Below are positions 38,047 through 40,000 of a stretch of 40,000 bases of DNA, piece after piece (the first letter of the stretch is position 1; every line of letters begins with the position of its first letter). The translations under genes and the position numbers were made by a program. A model generated the notes under the pieces. That model was not told the DNA's origin, ran no database searches, and saw only the letters and a list, made by a program, of their open reading frames with translations. The stretch is from Roseivirga sp. Lineage in GTDB: Bacteria; Bacteroidota; Bacteroidia; Cytophagales; Cyclobacteriaceae. Location: assembly GCA_965267365.1 (NCBI GenBank), contig OZ253951.1, forward strand, positions 2,701,974 to 2,741,973. The letters run 5' to 3'.

Positions 38047-38149
38047 GGATTTAGCTAATTTTGACCTCCCCGAAAATACAAACCAAAAGGGTTCGCAAAT
38101 TATTCTGTGACATTCTTTTACAAGTCATTGGTTTGTCAGATCAAATTCA

Positions 38150-38157
38150 TATCTTTG
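38150..38157 (+). promoter_or_regulatory. Putative -7 promoter box TATCTTTG for rpsF-rpsR-rplI
   Basis: Matches TAnnTTTG, 25 nt upstream of the rpsF ATG. Confidence 0.45.
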
Positions 38158-38182
38158 CAGCCCAAAATTTAAACATTAAGAA

Positions 38183-38539
38183 ATGCTTAAGAATTACGAG
38201 ACAGTATTCATTTTGAATCCCGTTTTGTCTGAAGATCAGATGAAGGATGCTGTCGGCCAATACGAAAAGCTTCTGAAAGATACAGGAGCTGAAATCATTA
38301 ACAAGGAAATCTGGGGTCTGAGAAAGTTCGCTTATCCGATCGAGAAAAAATCTACAGGTTTCTACAACTTAATGGAGTTCAAAGCCGACCCTTCTGCCAT
38401 CGCTTCTATGGAGACAGAATTCAAAAGAGATGAAAGAGTGATGAGATTTTTAACTGTTGCTTTAGACAAGCACGCAGTAGAGTACAACAACAAGCGCAGA
38501 TCAGGTGCTTTTAACAAAAAGAAGGAGGTAGCAGCATGA
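38183..38539 (+). CDS. rpsF: 30S ribosomal protein S6
   Basis: [19 protein letters not shown]...[10 protein letters not shown]. Confidence 0.95.
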   Translation: MLKNYETVFILNPVLSEDQMKDAVGQYEKLLKDTGAEIINKEIWGLRKFAYPIEKKSTGFYNLMEFKADPSAIASMETEFKRDERVMRFLTVALDKHAVEYNNKRRSGAFNKKKEVAA

Positions 38540-38787
38540 CACTCGTTAACGAACCAGTAAATAAAGAACAGCAGAAAAAGAAATACTGCCGTTTCAAGAA
38601 AAATGGTATCAAGTACGTGGATTACAAAAATCCTGACTTCTTGATGCAGTTCATCAATGAGCAAGGTAAGATCCTTCCAAGAAGATTGACTGGAACTAGC
38701 CTTAAGTACCAAAAGAAAGTGACTCAAGCGGTTAAGAGAGCAAGGCACATTGCACTTTTACCTTACGTTGCTGACGGTTTAAAATAA
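38536..38787 (+). CDS. rpsR: 30S ribosomal protein S18
   Basis: [40 protein letters not shown]...[14 protein letters not shown]. Confidence 0.95.
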   Translation: MTLVNEPVNKEQQKKKYCRFKKNGIKYVDYKNPDFLMQFINEQGKILPRRLTGTSLKYQKKVTQAVKRARHIALLPYVADGLK

Positions 38788-38811
38788 TTGTGACCCTAAA
38801 CTCTAGAGAAG

Positions 38812-39255
38812 ATGGACGTTATATTGAAGACAGATATTAAAGGTTTAGGCTACAAGCACGATACTGTAACTGTTAAACCTGGATATGCCAGAAACTATTT
38901 GATTCCTCAAGGCTTTGCTATCATCGCCAATGAAGGTAACTCAAAAATGATGGCTGAAAACATCAAACAAGCAGCTCACAAAGCAGAAAAAATCAAGGCG
39001 GATGCAGAATCAATTGCAAACGGTATTGGTGACACTGTTTTAGAGATCAAAGCTAAAGCTGGTGACAGTGGTAAGATCTTTGGTGCGGTAACTACCCTTC
39101 AAATTTCTGATGCATTGAAAGCAAAAGGTTTTGATGTTGATAGAAAGAAAATCTCTTTCAAAGGAGAGGTTAAAATGATCGGTGATTATGTTGCTGAGAT
39201 CGACCTTCACAAAGAAGTAAAGAAAGATGTTTCTTTCTCAGTAGTTGCTGAGTAA
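38812..39255 (+). CDS. rplI: 50S ribosomal protein L9
   Basis: MDVILKTDIKGLGYKHDTVTVKPGYARNYLIPQGFA. Confidence 0.95.
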   Translation: MDVILKTDIKGLGYKHDTVTVKPGYARNYLIPQGFAIIANEGNSKMMAENIKQAAHKAEKIKADAESIANGIGDTVLEIKAKAGDSGKIFGAVTTLQISDALKAKGFDVDRKKISFKGEVKMIGDYVAEIDLHKEVKKDVSFSVVAE

Positions 39256-39278
39256 TTACATCTGAATCGATATCAAAA

Positions 39279-39308
39279 GCCCTGGTGGAAACACTAGGGC
39301 TTTTTTTT
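39279..39308 (+). terminator. Rho-independent terminator of the rpsF operon
   Basis: GCCCTGGTG-GAAA-CACTAGGGC followed by T8. Confidence 0.8.
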
Positions 39309-39347
39309 GTGCTTGACTATATTTAGCAAGCCAAAGCCAAATACCCC

Positions 39348-39926
39348 ATGAGAATACTCTCCATCACTCTCCTCCTAATCTTCTTTACCACCAGTTTTTC
39401 CTTTGGTCAAAAGAAAGGTTTCTCTGAGGGCTACATTATCACCAAAGCCAATGAATCCATTGAGGGCTACATCAAAGCAAGAGACAGGTCCGCCAATAGC
39501 AAGAGCATCATTTTTTTAGACAAGAACAACAAAAGGAAAAAGTACAGTGCTAACTCCTTGCTGGGCTATGGAAGAGCTGGGAAATCATTTCAAAGTTTTC
39601 AATTGCCAGAGAGCATCATCAAAACCACTCGATTTATGGAAGAGGTGATTATTGGTGAAGTCAGCCTTTATGTGCTGTATGAGGAGAAAGAAAATTTGAT
39701 GGACGATGACGACAATGACTTTAATGACAGCGTACAGTCTCAAAACTTCTATTTGATCAAAAAGGATGACAGCCAATTATTCAAAGTAACTGAGATTGAG
39801 TTTCGTCCAAAATTGAGAGATTACCTGAGCGATAATGCGGATTTAGTCCGATTGATCGAAAACAAAGAACTTCGTTATGACGACTTGGAAGAAATAGTTA
39901 AAATCTATAATCGCTCGAAAGAGTAA
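39348..39926 (+). CDS. Secreted hypothetical protein (192 aa)
   Basis: Signal MRILSITLLLIFFTTSFSFGQ and an acidic D-rich insert. I recognise no domain. Confidence 0.6.
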   Translation: MRILSITLLLIFFTTSFSFGQKKGFSEGYIITKANESIEGYIKARDRSANSKSIIFLDKNNKRKKYSANSLLGYGRAGKSFQSFQLPESIIKTTRFMEEVIIGEVSLYVLYEEKENLMDDDDNDFNDSVQSQNFYLIKKDDSQLFKVTEIEFRPKLRDYLSDNADLVRLIENKELRYDDLEEIVKIYNRSKE

Positions 39927-39949
39927 AGGAATTAAACCTAACCTCATCA

Positions 39950-40000
39950 ATGCACACAAACTTAATTGGCAAAATTCTGTTCATTTTTAACTTCTTTTTA
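39950..40000 (+). CDS. Possible 5' end of a further gene (truncated by window end)
   Basis: The ATG at 39950 is open to the window end and translates to MHTNLIGKILFIFNFFL (signal/TM-like). Only 17 codons are visible. Confidence 0.25.
   Translation, partial: MHTNLIGKILFIFNFFL

Noticed and set aside
38106-38140. TGTGACA (the reverse complement of the 30698 repeat unit) and a near copy TGTCAGA lie upstream of the kinase operon.
   Set aside because: A given 7-mer is expected several times by chance in 40 kb on two strands, and there is no paired phased copy here. I mention it only as a lead under the repeat finding.
38176-38190. The hairpin TTAAG-AAATG-CTTAA places the rpsF start codon in its loop, which could be an S6:S18 autoregulatory leader.
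   Set aside because: It has only a 5-bp A/T stem, and it lacks the conserved bulged CCG-type features I associate with the rpsF leader motif. It is too weak to call.
1-40000. I scanned the whole window for tRNA/rRNA signatures, CRISPR-like spaced repeats, IS/transposase genes, phage genes, and defence or toxin-antitoxin cassettes.
   Set aside because: I found no T-loop/acceptor-like structures in intergenic DNA and no arrays of spaced direct repeats. I also found no transposase or integrase other than chromosomal XerD, and no nuclease/ATPase/TIR/Sir2-type ORFs. The window reads as core chromosome.

Overview
The window looks like a dense, mostly housekeeping stretch of a Bacteroidota chromosome (Cytophagia/Flavobacteriia-like). 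I base this on spot-counted GC of about 40%, many SpII/SpI signal peptides, TAnnTTTG -7 promoter boxes, little Shine-Dalgarno signal, and FtsK-LolA-PyrF and DUF2851 synteny. I call about 45 protein-coding genes, and all functions are inferred from motifs I recognise in the translations, because no database search was possible. Core genes include rpsF-rpsR-rplI, ftsK, lolA, pyrF, pyrD, xerD, aroQ, rnhA, cdd, greB, mltG, a class A PBP, trhO and ppgK, plus a histidine kinase/OmpR-type response regulator pair. There are also several secreted peptidases and hydrolases (M28, S9, two alpha/beta hydrolases) and about 8 small hypothetical secreted or membrane proteins. I found no rRNA, tRNA, CRISPR array, transposase, integrase other than XerD, phage gene or recognisable defence/toxin cassette. 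I do not see a convincing novel multi-gene system. Six things deserve a second look. (1) A stand-alone bacterial Vms1/ANKZF1-like (VLRF1) peptidyl-tRNA hydrolase homologue lies at 23937-24578. (2) A lipoprotein-type agmatine deiminase/PAD-family gene is interrupted by one in-frame TAA. (3) An untracked 37-codon membrane-peptide ORF has its own terminator. (4) Helically phased TGTCA(CA) direct repeats and a tandem 10-mer lie in the 318-bp greB upstream region. (5) A PadR gene is coupled to an orphan FtsX-like permease. (6) An unknown 150-aa protein is translationally coupled to an unusual GT2 protein. Several ORF-track starts are probably too far upstream, and corrected starts are given.
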